Source: Pseudomonadales bacterium (GTDB taxonomy: Bacteria > Pseudomonadota > Gammaproteobacteria > Pseudomonadales > Pseudohongiellaceae). From it: DNA of 64,000 bases. Made by a program: the position numbers and the translations under genes. The DNA lies in the NCBI GenBank assembly GCA_023256835.1, contig JALREE010000167.1:1915-65914 (forward strand). The letters run 5' to 3'. The notes beneath the pieces were generated by a model, which was not told the origin of the DNA, ran no database searches, and saw nothing but the letters and a program-made list of their open reading frames with translations. Shown piece by piece: positions 62,661-64,000 of the stretch; position 1 is the first letter of the stretch; each line of letters opens with the position of its first letter.

Positions 62661-64000
62661 ATGGACTCCCTTCTGGCCATCGCGCCATCGGCGCTGGCGC
62701 TGCTGCTGGCCTTCACTACTCGTCGTGTGATTCTCTCGCTGCTCAGCGCCGTGGTGCTGGGCTACGCGATTCTCAACCACTATCACCCCATGAATACCGC
62801 CGTGGCCGTGTTCAACGAGGGCATCTTCACGCAGCTGGAAGGCAGCAACGCACAGATCATCATTGTTATCACCATCATCTCGGGGTTCATCTACCTGCTG
62901 GAAGCTTCCAGCACCATGCGGGCATTCTCGACTTTGCTCGGCACCCATGTGACATCGCCAATGAAGATCAAGCTCAGCACGCTGGCCAGCGGCCTGGTGA
63001 TCTTCTTCACCGACTCGGGCAATTCGCTGATCCTCGGGCCGGTGTACCGGCCGGTCTACGACAAGCTGAAGATCTGCCGCGAGAAGCTGGCCTATATCGT
63101 CGACTCCACTTCCTCGCCCGTGTGCGTGCTCATCCCCATCATCAGCTGGGGCGCCTACACCATGGGATTGATGGAGTCCGCCTTCGCCGACCAGGGCATC
63201 GCGAAAGACGGCTTCACCGCCTTCCGCGAGGTCTGGTTCTACATGCTCTACCCACTGCTCACGCTCGTGGGCGTCGCGTTTGTCGCCGTGTTCAATGTCT
63301 GGCTGGGAAGCATGCGCACGGTGCAGCAGGCGCTGCTGGCAGGCACACATCACTACGAGGACTCGCAGACGGAACTCCCGGCGTTGAGTCCGGCCCTGCA
63401 AGCGCACGGTGCCCGCGTCGTGGCTGTGGCACTGGGCACCTTGTTCCTGTCGATGATCACCCTGTTCACCTATTTCGTCCTGCAACGGGGCATGCTTGAC
63501 GGGGCCACCATCCGCATCACCCTGGCGCTCTGCTACACCCTGGCCACGCTCACCACCATCCTGGCCCTGCACCGCCTGGGGATCTTCGACTTCAGCAGCA
63601 GCTCGAAGGCCTTCTTCAACGGCATGGGACGCATCATGCCAATCCTGTGCATCCTGATGCTGGCCTGGACGCTGAGCGACGTGATGGCAGCACTGGACAC
63701 CGGGGCCGCCATCGCCCTCCTGCTCAATGCCGTGAATTTCCCGGTGTGGCTGCTGGCCAGCATGATCTTCCTGATCGCCTGTGCGCTGTCCCTGGCCACC
63801 GGCTCGTCCTGGGGCACCTTCGCCCTGGTGATTCCCGTGGCGGTGGCGGTGGCCGTGGCTCTGGAGGCGCCAGTCATCATCTGCATCGGGGCAGCGATCA
63901 GTGGCGGCCTGTTCGGCGATCACGCCTCGCCGATCTCTGACACCACGGTGCTCTCATCCATGTCCAGCGGGGTGAACCATATGTCGCATGTGGAGACGCA
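62661..64000 (+). CDS. Na+/H+ antiporter NhaC-family membrane transporter (3' end beyond window)
   Basis: Not in track (no stop before the edge). ATG 62661 opens MDSLLAIAPSALALLLAFTTRRVILSL.... Polytopic, with GSSWGTFALVIPVA and GGLFGDHASPISDTTVLSS motifs typical of NhaC-type C-terminal domains. Confidence 0.75.
   Translation, partial: MDSLLAIAPSALALLLAFTTRRVILSLLSAVVLGYAILNHYHPMNTAVAVFNEGIFTQLEGSNAQIIIVITIISGFIYLLEASSTMRAFSTLLGTHVTSPMKIKLSTLASGLVIFFTDSGNSLILGPVYRPVYDKLKICREKLAYIVDSTSSPVCVLIPIISWGAYTMGLMESAFADQGIAKDGFTAFREVWFYMLYPLLTLVGVAFVAVFNVWLGSMRTVQQALLAGTHHYEDSQTELPALSPALQAHGARVVAVALGTLFLSMITLFTYFVLQRGMLDGATIRITLALCYTLATLTTILALHRLGIFDFSSSSKAFFNGMGRIMPILCILMLAWTLSDVMAALDTGAAIALLLNAVNFPVWLLASMIFLIACALSLATGSSWGTFALVIPVAVAVAVALEAPVIICIGAAISGGLFGDHASPISDTTVLSSMSSGVNHMSHVET

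Noticed and set aside
61842-63923. 693-aa minus-strand ORF spanning the HAD and NhaC genes
   Set aside because: It crosses an intergenic gap of the plus-strand genes. It is extremely Arg/Gly/His/Gln/Asp-rich and lacks motifs. It is an artefact of the very high GC of this block.

Overview
This 64-kb window comes from a gammaproteobacterial chromosome, roughly mid-50s to 60% GC by eye. Gene order closely resembles Pseudomonas-type genomes.

About 58 kb is tightly packed housekeeping DNA:
- TCA supercluster: sucD(partial)-sucC-lpd-sucB-sucA-sdhB-sdhA-sdhD-sdhC on the minus strand, with divergent gltA.
- gltX plus tRNA-Ala, then dusA, a TerB-family gene, mlaA, hrpA and fadD.
- ycgN-rnd-recR-ybaB-dnaX-ffs.
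- A lone PQQ dehydrogenase, tRNA-Ser, queF with the yadGH ABC-2 exporter, and tRNA-Glu.
- nfuA/metH, cysI-DUF934, and sohB-nudC-dnaQ-rnhA-methyltransferase.
- gloB, mltD, and the tig-clpP-clpX-lon-hupB-ppiD cluster.

From about 58.0 kb to the right edge the sequence becomes a compositional mosaic that looks accessory. It holds an intact IS5-family element, an AT-rich orphan gene, a decayed IS3-family element and an AT-rich small secreted protein. These are followed by a very GC-rich block with a Tat-signal HAD hydrolase and an NhaC-type antiporter.

I found no rRNA, CRISPR array, prophage or convincing multi-gene defence or toxin system. The points most worth a second look are:
1. clpP is disrupted by an internal deletion and frameshift that removes the catalytic-His segment.
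2. An A10 slippery tract in dnaX has stops in both alternative frames, consistent with tau/gamma recoding.
3. A translationally coupled pair of an unknown single-pass membrane protein and a dimeric-dUTPase-family protein.
4. The IS-punctuated island starting after mobA.

All family calls rest on reading the translations against remembered family motifs. No database search was run.
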